64,000 nucleotides of DNA, from the NCBI RefSeq assembly GCF_009914755.1, contig NC_060942.1; one strand, given 5' to 3'. Numbering within the stretch: the first letter of the stretch is position 1; every line of letters begins with the position of its first letter. Positions 26,470 through 41,743 of the stretch are shown piece after piece. Both the position numbers and the translations under genes were made by a program. A model generated the notes under the pieces. It did no database searches and was not told the DNA's origin. It was given only the letters and a program-made list of their open reading frames with translations. This DNA comes from the human T2T-CHM13v2.0 reference genome, Homo sapiens.

Positions 26470-26995
26470 TGTTGCCCACACAACAGGTGGGTTCGATAGC
26501 TTGGCGAGCGACAAGCCAGTCACCACAACCAAGGAGGATTTAACAAGGGGATTGTATCACTTGTAACAAGTCAGGAGAACACCAGGGAGAGCTCCCAAAA
26601 CAGCGCCTCCCGAACACGGTGACACAGGGCTTCTCCTGGGCTTGTGAGCTGAGTCACCACGTGCAGAGGTGGAGCGGAGGCAGGGGAGGCCATCACCGAT
26701 CATGCCTCTTCATGCATCGAATGTGTAGAACATGGCAGAGAAGCTCTTCCCTGGGCCAGGTTTTTAGAATGGTAATGAGGGGAGTTCACCACAGTGATGA
26801 GGGGAGTTCACCACGATAGTGAGGGGAGTTCACCACCACGGCGACGAGGGGAGTTCACCACGGCAATGAGGGGAGTTTACCAATGTTCATCTCCAACTCA
26901 GGGGTCTCCTGATCCAATCGGTTTGTATTCTCCTAGGGCTGAGCTTCTTCCTGGAACTTTTCTGAAACAACAAAAACTCAAATGCAAGAGTTACA
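26470..26995 (-). mobile_element. ERV1-class solo LTR (family not resolved)
   Basis: TG...CA termini (tgttgccc...gagttaca); antisense U5/R-like segment ttaacaaggggattgtatcacttgtaacaagt. Confidence 0.6.
26775..26882 (+). repeat. ~22-bp tandem repeat (GAGGGGAGTTCACCAC core x5) inside the LTR
   Basis: Seen directly. Confidence 0.95.
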
Positions 26996-27689
26996 AGTCA
27001 CCCGGAGACCTGGGTTTAGGTTTCTACTGAAGCACAGGAACCAGGACCACATCTTTACATTGGAGACTCTTGCCCCAATTTAATTCGTGGCAGGTGAACC
27101 AGACACTCTGTGTTTGGTGGGAAATGTTAATGACATTCTACCTAAAACCCCAACAGCAAGGCTGGCCTCCTTTTTTGCCCCTGCCCCACAGAATTCATCT
27201 GTCACCAATTTGAGACTTCCTGTAAATTCTTACATCCCCACTCTGAAAAACAGCAAGTGAAATGGGTGTCTTAGAAGCTGGGAAACAGCTTTTAAATAGA
27301 AATGGGCAAAATGAGGAAGGTGAACAAGTGAGCCAATTCTCCCCTGGATAAACGTGGCCTTCAGGACTGCACATCACGGGAAGAAGTGGCCCAGGCCTGT
27401 GGGTGTCTTTCACCACCAGAGGGTGAGGTCTGCCCAGGTGGGCTCAGCAGCCCTGGCATAGATGTCGAGGAAACCCAGAGGCCACAGAGCACGGGCTTAC
27501 TAGCAAAGGCAGCTCCCCTCTCACCCCCTGAACCCCTTCAGCTACCGAGCGTGGATGAAGCCAACATTCTAGCTCTCACACAGTACCTTAGAGGAGGGAA
27601 AGGCAGATACAAAATAAAACCTGTTCTCAGATATAGTGGGGGGAAAGGTAATTGTAAAGTGCCATCAATGCTGCATGGAAGGAAGTAAA

Positions 27690-28580
27690 ACCCCAGACAG
27701 AACATTCTATGCTTAAGCCACATGAAAAGGAATTTCATGACAGCAATATAAAAAAGTCTGCAGGTGAAAGGTCAGAAAAGAAAAATACACACAATGTTTA
27801 CTTTATAAGAAAACACTAGATATAGCCTTGAGATTGGTTTATAGAAAAGCTTGATAAGAATGTGGATTCAAGAATCAATTAAAAATGATGCAGAAACATG
27901 TTGACAAAGCAAGAGAAAGAGATTAAAAGGAAACTTTTAAACTTATAGAAATAAATTGAATATTAAGGCCATCTAATTATAAAACAAACAAATACATTGC
28001 CAACAGGAACAGAGTAAACGTAACTACAATTAAATAGTTTCAATGAATGAAAACCAAAAATATAGAAATTAAAATCAAATAGTAAGGCAAATAGATAGGA
28101 GATAAAGAACATCTCACAAAAAGATAATCACTATTCTGAAACAGAGATACCAAATTGTCATTCAGAAAATATATTCAAAGATATGAGAAATTCTCTGAAG
28201 TTAATAAAGAACTGTCTCTACCTATCAGAAAATAGATCATTTTCCAAGAAATATCCACCACTTACAAAATGTATACTACAGAAGCACACCTTATTTTATG
28301 AACTGCAAGGATAAGGAAATCATTTTTAGGCATCCAGATAGAAAAAAAATCAAATTAACTACACGAGAAAATGTCAGGTTGATCTTAGAATTCTCTATCA
28401 CCAAAGGAAAGGAAACAATATCTGCAAAGTTATGAGAAATGACAAGTTGAACTAAGAATATTACATTGAATCATAATGCCATTCAAATCTAAAAGCAACA
28501 GGTGTCTCTAAATATAAAAGGCCAGTGGAAGCTTATGTAATCTATCTCTTGGCATGAGGGAAATTATCTGTTGATGAAAT
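27690..28580 (+). mobile_element. Ancient L1 ORF1/HAL1-like fragment
   Basis: A-rich, ORF1-like motifs (aaggataaggaaatcatttttaggcatccagatagaaaa, gaactaagaatattaca). Confidence 0.5.
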
Positions 28581-28889
28581 CTAGTCATATCACCTAGAAA
28601 TTGTGTTTGGCTGAAAATCCATGAGACCTAATGAACAGTGGGCTCAGCAAACAGAAGTCTAGAAATGGGCACCCGTCACATCTTGAAAAGACATTTATGG
28701 ATCCGGGAGCCTTTGGTCTTTCTGCTCTTTCGTCCAAAGCACAGCATTACACTTGTTTAGTAATTGTTACCACATGATGCAAAGATGGAAAGAAGGGCAT
28801 TTACTTCAGTTACCTAATACATCTCTCATTCTCTGACAACTCTCTCTCTCTCTAAACTTCTCTAATGTTTTCTTTTACCCCAGTCTCCC

Positions 28890-30038
28890 GCAGAAAATGG
28901 CCAAGCCTCAAACGTCATTTACATGGATGTCTCAGTAGCTTTTGACAAACTGAGTCTCCCCTCCTTGAAGCAATTTCTTCATTTGCTTTGGGGACCACTA
29001 CTGTTCTCATGTTCCTCTCATCTCACAGGACACAGACTTACAGCCTTGGTCTGGCTCTTCCTCTTGTTCTGAAGTCCTACATGTTGAGGTGCCAAGTTTC
29101 TGTCCTCTGTCAAATACAAGCAATATGTCTCTGACTCCCAAATTGATGTCTGAGCCCTGACCTCTGCTCTGAATTCCGGACTCATTTAGACAACCGCCTG
29201 CCTCTCATCTCCATTCAAATATTGAATACTCACCTCAGACTTCATACACATGAAACGTTACTCTTGATTCTCCTCACACTGCACAAAAAAATTGTTTCTT
29301 CCTGTATTTGTAATATCTTAATTAATGTCACCATGATTCAATGATACTCTCATGCAGGCATGTTTAATGCTCTCTCAATCTATGACACATCCGATGTTGA
29401 ATCCTCCCGGCTCTGTGTGAACAGTGTTACAAGCCTCCCCGCCTCTTCTCCCTGACCATCCCCGTGATCCTGGTCTACACAGCCATTTACGTTGCAGCCC
29501 TGTGCCCACTTCCAAGCCCCCAGGGGCTTTCCAATACACCAGGAGAGTCCCCCACCTTCCATTACAAAGTGCCCAGCAGTCTGGGCACTGTTCTTGCTTC
29601 GGGCCCGTCTCCTGCTGCCCCTCACCCTCTCACCCACCACTCACCCCAGCAGGCCATGTGGCCTTCTTGCTTTTCTCCAGCAGCCAAGCTCGTTGCTGCC
29701 TCAAGTCAAAGTTCTTTCTCTGTGTCTTCATCTAATTCATTCCTCTGTTTGATACACAGCCTTCTCAAATGTCATCTCTCCAGAGAGGATGATTAAGGAA
29801 TATCTGGCTAAAGCTGTCCTCTGAGAGACAACTTCTCTCTTCCTGGCTGTATTTTTCTTCAGAAAACTCACCATTACTTGACATCTGGCTGAGTTTTTAT
29901 TTCTGTGTTGGTTCACTGTCCTTACTCCCAGCAGAATGCAAGCTGCATGAGGTCAGGATTCTCTCTGCACTCTTCTCTGCTGTGCCTGGTGGGGAGCTCA
30001 TCAGTTCTGTTGCCAGAACAAAAGAACTGAATCAATCA
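28890..30038 (+). mobile_element. L2 LINE (RT 3' region to 3' end)
   Basis: ctcagtagcttttgacaaactgagtctcccctccttgaa (L2 RT), tctccattcaaatattgaatactcacctcagact, 3' end aagctgcatgaggtcagg...gaatcaatca. Confidence 0.8.
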
Positions 30039-31169
30039 GAAAACTTTTACAGAGAAATGGTAATTAGTCACGTATGTTTTTCTCCCATATGTGTTAGGAA
30101 AGAAACTTAGAATTTTAAAATGAGATAAACAAAAACAGAGGGTTAGGTTGCTTTATCCCCAATCTCCATTTGGCCTTTTGGAAAATTATTTAAATTAATT
30201 TTTCTTCAAATTTGAAGTTAATTTTACTCACTTTATCCAAGTGCTTAGAAAACAAATGGAAATTAGAGGCTAAGAGTCTGTTTTCTGGATATCCATGTCT
30301 TTTGTCTGACTACTATTTTGAAAATCAGGCTTTGTGAAAAAATTAGTCTGTATAGGAATATGGACATGATACAAAGTTAACTTTTGGCTGTAGCTACTTG
30401 GAGTGAAAGGGTGACCTGAACAGTTAAAAAAGATGCCTAACACAAGAAAACAGCTGAGAATTGAAAGGCATTTTAGATGACTCCACATGAAATGTGGATG
30501 CAGCTAATGTTTAACCCGATCCATCTTGGACAACCATGGTAACGGAAGCACTGTGCCAGGAAGGAAACAGAGGCCAATGTGATCATGGGAGACCCAGGGA
30601 TCACAGATCTGGAAACTGAGCATTGATTTTCACTGGGAAAACAATACATGAAACCAGAAAATGGATGGTTTGTGGAAACTAAGTTCTCCAGACGTTTCGG
30701 GCAAGCGTGCTACTGGTGGGTGCTAACATGTGTCCTAGGATTGCTGAAGTCACTGTGAGGAAGCCCAGAGCAGCATCAGCTGCACCGATGACGCTGACCA
30801 GAGAGAGGGGCTCCTATGTGTGTCCAGGGAAGGCTGCCTCGTACTGAGACTCTGAACTCAAAGGACGCAGCCTCTAAGTCACTAGTACCAGTGACCAAGC
30901 TTGGGCGTCCTCCAGGGCCTCTGCCCATCAGCCACAGCCCAGAGCCCTGTGCCCAGGGCCTCAGAGAGACACAAATCAGGACAGACAGGCCAGATCCACT
31001 TTCCTCTCCTGAGCCAGCAGCTGCACCGTTGGGTCACTTCTGAAGAAATAAGGCACGGGGAGACTCTAAGTGTTTCAGTGGAGACCACTCATGGTGTCCT
31101 GAGAGCAGGTGATCGGGTGGGCACTGATGGACGGGCAGGCAGATGGAGGAAAGGTGGGTCGGTAGGAAC

Positions 31170-31385
31170 GCGGACTTTGGAGATTTGAAGGGGCTAGGTT
31201 TGAATCCCAGCACATTCATTTATTAGTTGTACATGAATGCGGGCAATTGAATCTCTCTGAAATTCCTTTCTTCAGTTAGTGCATGTGGACATACAATATG
31301 CAATTTTGAGAACTGTTGTAGGGACCAAAGCGATACGTGGAAAATTTCTTGCGCAAACTCCGTGTTCATGTAGAGTTATTGCGAT
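31170..31385 (+). mobile_element. MIR SINE
   Basis: ggactttggag...ggtttgaatcccagc...ttattagttgt. Confidence 0.7.
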
Positions 31386-33474
31386 TCCCTTGCTGTTGTG
31401 CTTATAAGGAATTATAAAAGAATATGAAATATAAAGAAATTAGAGTGATATTTGTGAGAGGCAGGAGACGGGCTCGCAGAATACAGGATTCAGGTTATTC
31501 AGATAAAAATTCAGAAAGACACATTGGACAAAGCTTTGGAATATGCACTGGGTGGAGTCAGCCTGTATCTTTTGGGCGGTGAATGAATAAGCATTTTTTG
31601 AGTCTTGAGCATTTCAGAAAGTTAAAAAAATTCATTTGAAGATCATTTTAGAATGCAAAGCTCCACGATGGCATATTATTCTACAAATGTTTACACACCC
31701 GGAGCTCAGCAGGGAAGGTGGGGCCATGCCGCCTCACACATGGTTTTCTGAGTCAGCCCAAGAACTAGCTCCATGTCCTAACGGTTTTCCCAATAAAGAG
31801 AATGCACATTTACTGTGAGCTTACGCCTGCAGGTTGTCTGCATGCAATGACACAGTTCTCACAGCAGCCTGTTCTTACCTTATTGTTCACAAGTAGTGTT
31901 TGAACCCCAGAGAGGTTAAGCCCTTGTTGCAAATCTGTACTGGTTTGTTGGTGAAAATGTTTAACACTTAGTTCTCTGGGGGAAAACAGTCCTTCTCTGT
32001 GGTATGTGCCGATTTCCACAGTCAATATTGGCAGCTTGACCAACATCAAGGCACCAGCCCGACACCAAGCAGCTCGAAGTCCTCAGTGCCTGACCACCTG
32101 TCCTCCCAAGCTGACCGCCCTGTCCCGCACACCACTGGAGGCCACTACCAGGCTCCAGAACCGCTTTTCCAGAACGACTTTTCACTTCTCCCTGGTCTTT
32201 TCCAGCTTTACATACAAGTTTTTCACTTTCCTCAAGATTTTATTTGAGATGAGTATATTCTAGAGCAAAACAAACAAAATTTTGAATGTCATTATTTAAT
32301 TCACAAGTTATATTAGCATTTGCATTCAAGCTTGGGGTCTTACAATCAGTTTGCTGTTATTCCCATTATCTTATCTCCAGAACACACTTTTATTAAAAGA
32401 GGACTTGCTTCATGTTTACACGGAGTTCTTGTTGAATTTACAGAACATTGCTCATTGACTCCCAAAACCCAGGCTTTCCCTGAACCATGAGAACCTTGCT
32501 TTTGCGGGGATGAAAAAATAGCAAGAGTTCTAGTTACTGTTACCATATTTTTAGCAAAATCTTCTGGTGAGTTTACCTGCTGAGAGAGAAAATAACAATT
32601 TAAAATTACGTTAATATAATTTTAAAAGCGAACTATTATTTCTTAAGGTTTAGTTTGTGGTAAACGCTGCATAGATGATACTTTAAAAAACAATTATTTC
32701 TTAACCTTGAGCAAGGAACTTTTGCTGATGAAGGAGTTCAGGTGTTGAGATGTTAAATAACATGGAGCCATTTGGTGATAGATTGGGGATTGAAGCAGCA
32801 ACTTCTGAATTAAATCCTTTTTCCTACATGAGCTTTAGGAAGGAAAGGTACTTGATTTCATTTTGGTTGCACAGCTGAACTTCATCAGGGACCTTTTCCC
32901 CTCAATGGACCAGGTTGAGCTCCCGATGAGCTCCTTAGAGGAATCTGACCGCATCCAAATTCCTTGCCCAAGCCTTTTGTTTTGTTTAACACCTGTTCAT
33001 TTGCAGCACTCGATGCGTGCCAGACATTGTTCTAGATACAGGAGCAAGGAGGTGAAGACCAAGGATAGAAATTTGTGACAGAAATAAAAATATAGTGGAA
33101 AGAAATCAAACAATATAATATGTAAACAATATATTTTTCTAGAATAAAAGCTCCATAAGGCAGGAACTATTTCTGGCTTGTTCACCCCTTAATCGTCTCT
33201 GTAGAACAGGGAGGAAGCTACTAAATAATATCTAATGCATGCGGTTTTCATAAATGGAAGGCCATGGAATGGGGTATACAATTTGAATGCATTAAAATAC
33301 AGATAAAATAGCTTGGGGTGTTGTATTCAGTGTTTCTTTAGATATAGCCTTTATATTAAAGAATTGTATTTACTAAAATGTATTCAATTATTTTGTATTA
33401 CATTTTGCAAATAAATAATTAAAATATTTGACAACAGTTGACCCGTTGATGTTGCCTTTTTTTTAGGAGAAATT

Positions 33475-33640
33475 TGTGTGTATGTGTGTACACACACATA
33501 TATATACAAACATACATATATAGACGCACTTATACATAAACATACCTATAGATGTATTTGTACATAAATATATATATACATGTATGAATATTTGCATACA
33601 CATACAAGTACAAGCACATATGAAGACAGAGTTATATATC
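33475..33640. repeat. (TA)/(CA) low-complexity tract
   Basis: Seen directly. Confidence 0.85.
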
Positions 33641-34736
33641 AAAATGTCAGTTATGTTACTGGAACTAGATCGCATATTTTACAAATTAAAGTCAGCTTGC
33701 TTAATACTATTTCTTAGGAAACAAGAGCGGGACATTTTTGGCATCATAACGGGACCCCTGTTCTCCAAGTCTGTGGCTTATAAGCAAGGATCTTGGGCGG
33801 CTGAGAGTGAGTTTCCTGACAATGGCCTATAAGTCATGTTGGTTATTACTTTTTATTAGAAGGTGTTGGTGACCAGGCTCGCGCCTCGTAATCCATTTTG
33901 TTACTTTGTTTGCACCCTCCAGTCCTTCCTGAATGAATATGTGAAACGTCAGATCTCAAGTGTGATTGATGATTTTTCTGCATATGACTAATTTTCAAAT
34001 CTATCTCAACCAAAGCCTCACTTCACCCACAGAGCCTAGATTTCATTCTTCTGCAACATGAATGAGGGAAACTCATCTGTATGTTGCACTTTAGATAATG
34101 GGATCCTCCTACCTGCTCCTGACAGCCAGGGAGGATATCTTAGCATAACATTTAATCATCTTCACACACACACACATGCATGCATAACTTCATGCTTGCA
34201 AAAATACCAAATGTCTCTGAACATGAAGCCCCATCTTCTGAAAACTGACCAAGCTAAAGCAGTATCAGCATTGGCCAAAGTCAAGCCTACTTTTATCTCT
34301 CCAAACTGAAGCGAACTAAGACTGTTACAATTTTGTATACAGCTTCAAGTTGCAATGCCCTATAGGAACAATTCTGCATGAAATCTTCAACCCTTTTGCT
34401 CCGTGTCCAGAAAAGTATGCAATGTATAGCAAACATTTCATTAAGACAGATGTAGAACTCCAAAGTACTTGCCAGTTTTAAGCCTCCCTTGAGACAGTAG
34501 GCCCAGGCTATTCTTGACACTTACATTTCAGTCCGTGTGGTATTGCCTGTGTTCCATTTTGAGTGTAGAAGAGATTAGACATCTTTTGTTCATCTGCCTG
34601 AGCCACAGGACATTCTGCCCTGCCTCTAACTGATTGGGTAAATGTGCACGCTCTGCCGGTTGCCAACCCGATAAGTGTATTTCCTTCTTCCATGCCAAAA
34701 AATATGGATTTTTTTTGTGCGTGAAAACAATGTGCC

Positions 34737-35375
34737 TGTGACAGTTAATTTTATGTGCAGATTTCAGACCTGCCAGTCTCCAAAATTGCATGAACTAATT
34801 TCTTAAAATTTCCTTTCTCTCATTGTACATGTGTATGCGTACATGTCTATGTCTAGTCTATGCCTATGTCTCTATCTATACCTATGTCTATGTCTATTAT
34901 GTCTGTATACGCATATGTCTACGTATATTACCTGTCTATGTGTATGTATGTCAATATCTATGTCTCTATGTATATGTCTATGTGTATGTCTAGTCCGTAT
35001 GTATATGTTGTCTGTGTCTACGTACATGTCTATGTCTATGTGTATTTGTATGTCTCTGTGTATGTGTGTGTGTGTCTGTATGTCTATGCCTATGTGTCTA
35101 TGTCTCTTTGTGTATGTATATGTGTATATCTATTTGTATGTCTATAGCTATGTGTGCCTATATCTATATGTATGACCATGTCCATGTCTGTGTCTGTATG
35201 TGTATATATATTTGTATGTCTCTGTGTATAAGTATGCCTGTGTCTATGTGTGCGTCTATGTCTATATGCCTATGTCTATGACTGTACCTGTGTTTATGTC
35301 TACGTGTATGTCTATGTCTATATGTATGTACACATCCTATTTGTTCTGTTTCTTTGGAGAATCCTGACTAGTAGA
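34737..35375 (+). mobile_element. Internally deleted MLT2 (ERVL) LTR carrying an expanded microsatellite
   Basis: MLT2 5' end tgtgacagttaattttatgtg joined to 3' part cagatttcagacctgccagtctcc...; 3' end catcctatttgttctgtttctttggagaatcctgactagtaga. Confidence 0.75.
34825..35333. repeat. Degenerate (TATGTC)n hexamer array, ~500 bp
   Basis: Seen directly. Confidence 0.95.
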
Positions 35376-35629
35376 ATAGCCACATACAAATACTTAACTT
35401 ACTTCCAGTTCGATTCTGTCTGTCATAGTAACAACTCGTGGCCAGTGACAGCTAACTGAAGAATGACTGAATGAGGTTTTGGAAAATGATCTTGTTTTCT
35501 TGTTAAAAACAAATGCTTTTTCTGGCATGGCCCCCTTTCTCCTCTTCATCCTCTTCCCTTTCCTCTAGTCTAGAGAGCAAAACTAGCAGTTCCTTGGATT
35601 TTAGAAGCACGTCGACTGACTAAGCAAGA

Positions 35630-37500
35630 AGAGCAAAATTAAACATATTCCCAGATATATTGTAGTAAACTGCAGAACATCAAGTTAGAAGAAAACCATA
35701 AATGCGAGCAAAGAGAAAAGACTGATTATTAAACAATTCAACTTGTAGTTGTCTTCTCATCAACAAAAATAGAGGCTAGAATACAGTGAAGAACATTTTT
35801 AAGTTGTAAAGAAAAATAGCTATCTACTTAGATTTCCACAATAAAATAATTTTTTAACTTATAACTAAAGATAAAATCAATGTGTATTCAAAGATTCAGA
35901 GTGTTTATCACACATAGACTCCAAATCAAAGTAAAAATAAGGAAGGTAATTACAGGGAAAGCAGTTGTTCCTTAGAAGGAAGAAAATGAGATGTGGAAAT
36001 GAAAGTCACAAAAAAAGATGGTGGTAAACACACATATAAATGTAAATAAGCATCGACTGTATAAAATGACAATATGATTAATAATATCATGCAGTTTAAA
36101 ATTAAAGTGGGGCATTATTTCTGGCAGTATGATAGATTATATTTCTAAACAAAATATTTTCCTATACCTTTTCCTGAGAACAAATGAAAAGGCAGAATAT
36201 TTGAGGTTTGCAACTGATGGCAAATAGGAACATGACGTTATGATCGGCGTTCACAGCTGGCGGCCACGGCAACGCAAAGGCTCTCAGAAACTCTTGATGG
36301 GACACATCTCTTGTGACAGCTTAGAACACCGACTGCTTGCAGAGAAAGGAACTGAGAAGGAAATGGGACTGGTTAGGAAATTCAATAATAACAAGAAAAA
36401 CAGCATCCTTTGAGAATCTGGAATGATAGATCTCTGTGATTCTGTCTTGACTTCAAATGTATGATCTCAGTTTGGTTATGGGAACCCAAGTAGGGTGTTT
36501 CAATTTAGATAATACCAGGTTGTTACTCTCTTTCAGTGCCTGAAAAAATAAGTAAATATTATCTGTGTAAGTGAAGCCTCAATTCAGTACACAGGATTAA
36601 GGTAAATAATAATAATAACCAAAGGATGATGCCATCATATATGAGGGCAAGCAGAAATCCAGAGAAAATAAGGACAAATTGGCAACAACAAATTAGACCT
36701 TCTTGTACTTCAGGGAACTGAATAATCCCAAATAGTTTACAAAAAAAATAATAATTCATGATATAAAAGATAGGATTAAAGATAAGCAAGCCATAATGCA
36801 TTAGAAAAAGTGGTTAAGTAGAGGCTAGGTGCAGTGGCTCATGCCTGTAATCCCAGCATTTTGGGAGGCCAACGCGAGCGGATCACTTGACCTCACAAGT
36901 TTGAGACCAGCCTGGGCAACATGGGGAAACCCCACCTCTACAATAATACATTAACTAGCCAGGCATGGTGGCACACACCTGTAGTCTCAGCTCTTCAGAA
37001 GGTTGAGGCGGAGGATAGCTTGAGCCTGGGAGGCAGAGGTTGCAATGAGCTCAAATTGCGCCACCGTACTCCAGCGTGGGTGACAGAATGAGATGTTGTC
37101 TCAAAAATTTTTTTCAAAAAGTGGTTAAGTAGATTTGAAAAGTAATCTTATTTGTTAAATAATTTATTTGTTTTAGAACTTATTTAATCTACAATTTTAC
37201 AAGTACAGATGTTGCAGATAAAAACAAACTAACAAAAATAATGGATGTTTAAGACATCAGATTCAAATCAGCCAAGAAGTAAATCAATGAGCTGGAAGAT
37301 ATATCAGGAAAAAAAATTACTCATAATAATAGGTGGACAAGGTAAGGAAATAATGAAAGATAAATTGAGATAGAAAAGATAAAACAGCAAGGTTTAACAT
37401 AATCAACATTGATAACAGTGCAATAACAATAATCAATGTCCCAGAAAGTTAGAATAGAGACTGAAAGATAGGTAATAATCCAGCAAAGTCTAATATATCC
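35630..37500 (+). mobile_element. Ancient L1 5'/ORF1 fragments (interrupted by AluJ)
   Basis: ORF1-like motifs cccagatatattgtagtaaactgcagaacatc, cttctcatcaacaaaaatagaggctagaatacagtg, atcaatgagctggaagat. Confidence 0.55.
36823..37115 (+). mobile_element. AluJ with 18-bp target-site duplication
   Basis: Diverged Alu body; TSD aaaaagtggttaagtaga at 36805-36822 and 37116-37133. Confidence 0.95.
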
Positions 37501-37509
37501 ATATTCACC

Positions 37510-37780
37510 AGTTTAAAGGTACTGGTCTAAGTGTTATAAATGTTTTAACTCTTTAATAATCCTATAATGTTTATAAATATTTATAAGCCTATAATCATAT
37601 AATATTTGTGAAATTATTGTTCCCATTTTAAGTATAAAGAGACTGAGGCATCAGAAAGTCAAGTAACTTTACCAAGGTCACGGTGTTCTTAAATCATAAA
37701 AGCATGATTTGAACTCTAAATGTCTGCCTGCCGAGCTTGGACCATCAGTCACTCTGGAGCTTGAACTTTTAATCACTCTT
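37510..37780 (-). mobile_element. MIR SINE
   Basis: cccattttaagtataaagagactgaggcatcagaaagtcaagtaactttaccaaggtcac...gatttgaactc. Confidence 0.85.
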
Positions 37781-38065
37781 CTATTTGATAGAGTAATGAC
37801 TAAAGAATTTCCCACAATTTTTCAGGGGTAAATTTTCTGAAGTACCTAAGTTTTTCAGTAAATCTAAATCTGTTCTACAATCGAAAGTTTATTATAAATC
37901 TGAAGTAGATATGATGGAAGTCAAGGGTGGAATCTAGGGAGGAGAGATGACGGTGTACGTAGGAAATGTCAGGTCTTTGCTTTACAGAGTGTGAAGTCTG
38001 GAGAAATTGTTTAAAGATTTAAAATTTAAGTTAAAAGGTAATGACAGAGGAAATAATGAAGGGCT

Positions 38066-38625
38066 CTATATGTGTATTTACACACATACATCTGTATGTA
38101 TATAAGTGTTATATAATACACATTTTATATACATTGTAATGCAACATATTATGGCTATATAAAATTATATATATAATTTACTAGAATATATAATATTAAT
38201 TATATATAATTTAATATAGACATTATATATTTCATTGTAATATATAATATATGACATTCTATGTAATATAATAATCATATATTAATATGTTATATTATAT
38301 ACTAATATTATATATTAATATTAATATAATATATTAATCATACATTAATTAATATATGATTAATTATATATTAATTATACATTATATCATATAATCATAT
38401 AATATTATATATAAATTAACATATGATTAATATATGATTAATATATGATTAATCATATATTAATATATGATTATTATAGTTAATATATATAATTTTATAT
38501 GGCCATAACATATTGCATTATAAGCCAAAATATGTTGCATTTTATATATTTATATATAAAATATGTTGCATTTTATATATTTATATATATAAAATATGTT
38601 GCATTTTATATATTTATATACATAT
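38066..38625. repeat. AT-rich low-complexity tract with inverted arms and a ~31-bp unit repeated 3x
   Basis: Seen directly; unit aaaatatgttgcattttatatatttatatat at ~38527-38620. Confidence 0.9.
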
Positions 38626-38789
38626 AAAACTACAACAGCTAAATCCACATTTATCACAGCAAAACCTCAATAGACTCTCTATACATTACATAGACAAAAA
38701 ATGTAGGCGAAGCATATGATTTAGCAATGTAAGGGGATTCTTTATTCACCAAAATGAAAACCAGAAATACGTAGGAGTGATGCCTGGGA

Positions 38790-40997
<2,208 letters not shown>

Positions 40998-41475
40998 GGG
41001 GGAAAATTGTGCTGGAGGTTCTAAGCAAAGATTTGAGCCAAAAATAAAAATTATAAAGATTTGATACAAATATTGCATCTCTCTCCATTGGGGTTGCAAA
41101 GTATACTGGTAACAAATTGACTATATTCAATTAGATAACAAAAAAGGTGAAAACGACAACCTACGATAGTGCTGAGAATCTGAAGTAATATAACCTTTTC
41201 TCCAGTGAAATCAAAATAATTGAGTACAGTGTATTTCAAGACCTTCCTATAAGAAGCAAAATCATCCAGCAGTCCTGAGAGGTGGCTGATTTCTCTATGG
41301 AGCTAAATGTCATAAGAGAGTGTGAGTCACTTTTGAAGGGCTCATTGAAGAATAAAGTATAAAATACTTCAAGTAGTAAGGGAAGGAGAAATTAACTCTA
41401 AAGAAACTATCAAGAAATTATACATATCCCAAGTTGTATATAACAAAAAATATACCACCTATCAAATGCCCACTG

Positions 41476-41743
41476 ACTGGATACACTGGCTCATGCCTGT
41501 AATCCCAGCACTTTGGGAGGCCCAGGCAGGCAGATTGCTTGAACTCAAGAATTCGAGATCAACCTGGAGAACATAGTGAGATCCTGTCTCTACATAAAAT
41601 ACAAAAATTGTACCTGCATCCACCTATAGTCCCAGGTACTTGAGAGGCTGAGGTGGGAAGATCACCTGAGCTGGGGAGGTCGAGGCTGCAGTAAACTGGG
41701 ATTGCAGAGTGAGACCGTCTCAAAACAAAAACAAACAAACAAA
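41476..41743 (+). mobile_element. AluJ-like, with deletion in the right arm
   Basis: ggctcatgcctgtaatcccagcactttgggagg...gaggtcgaggctgcagt...(CAAA)n tail. Confidence 0.9.

Noticed and set aside
26775-26882. CRISPR-like appearance (constant repeat, variable linkers)
   Set aside because: Linkers are only ~6-9 nt and related to each other, there are no cas genes, and the context is a eukaryotic LTR. It is a simple tandem repeat.
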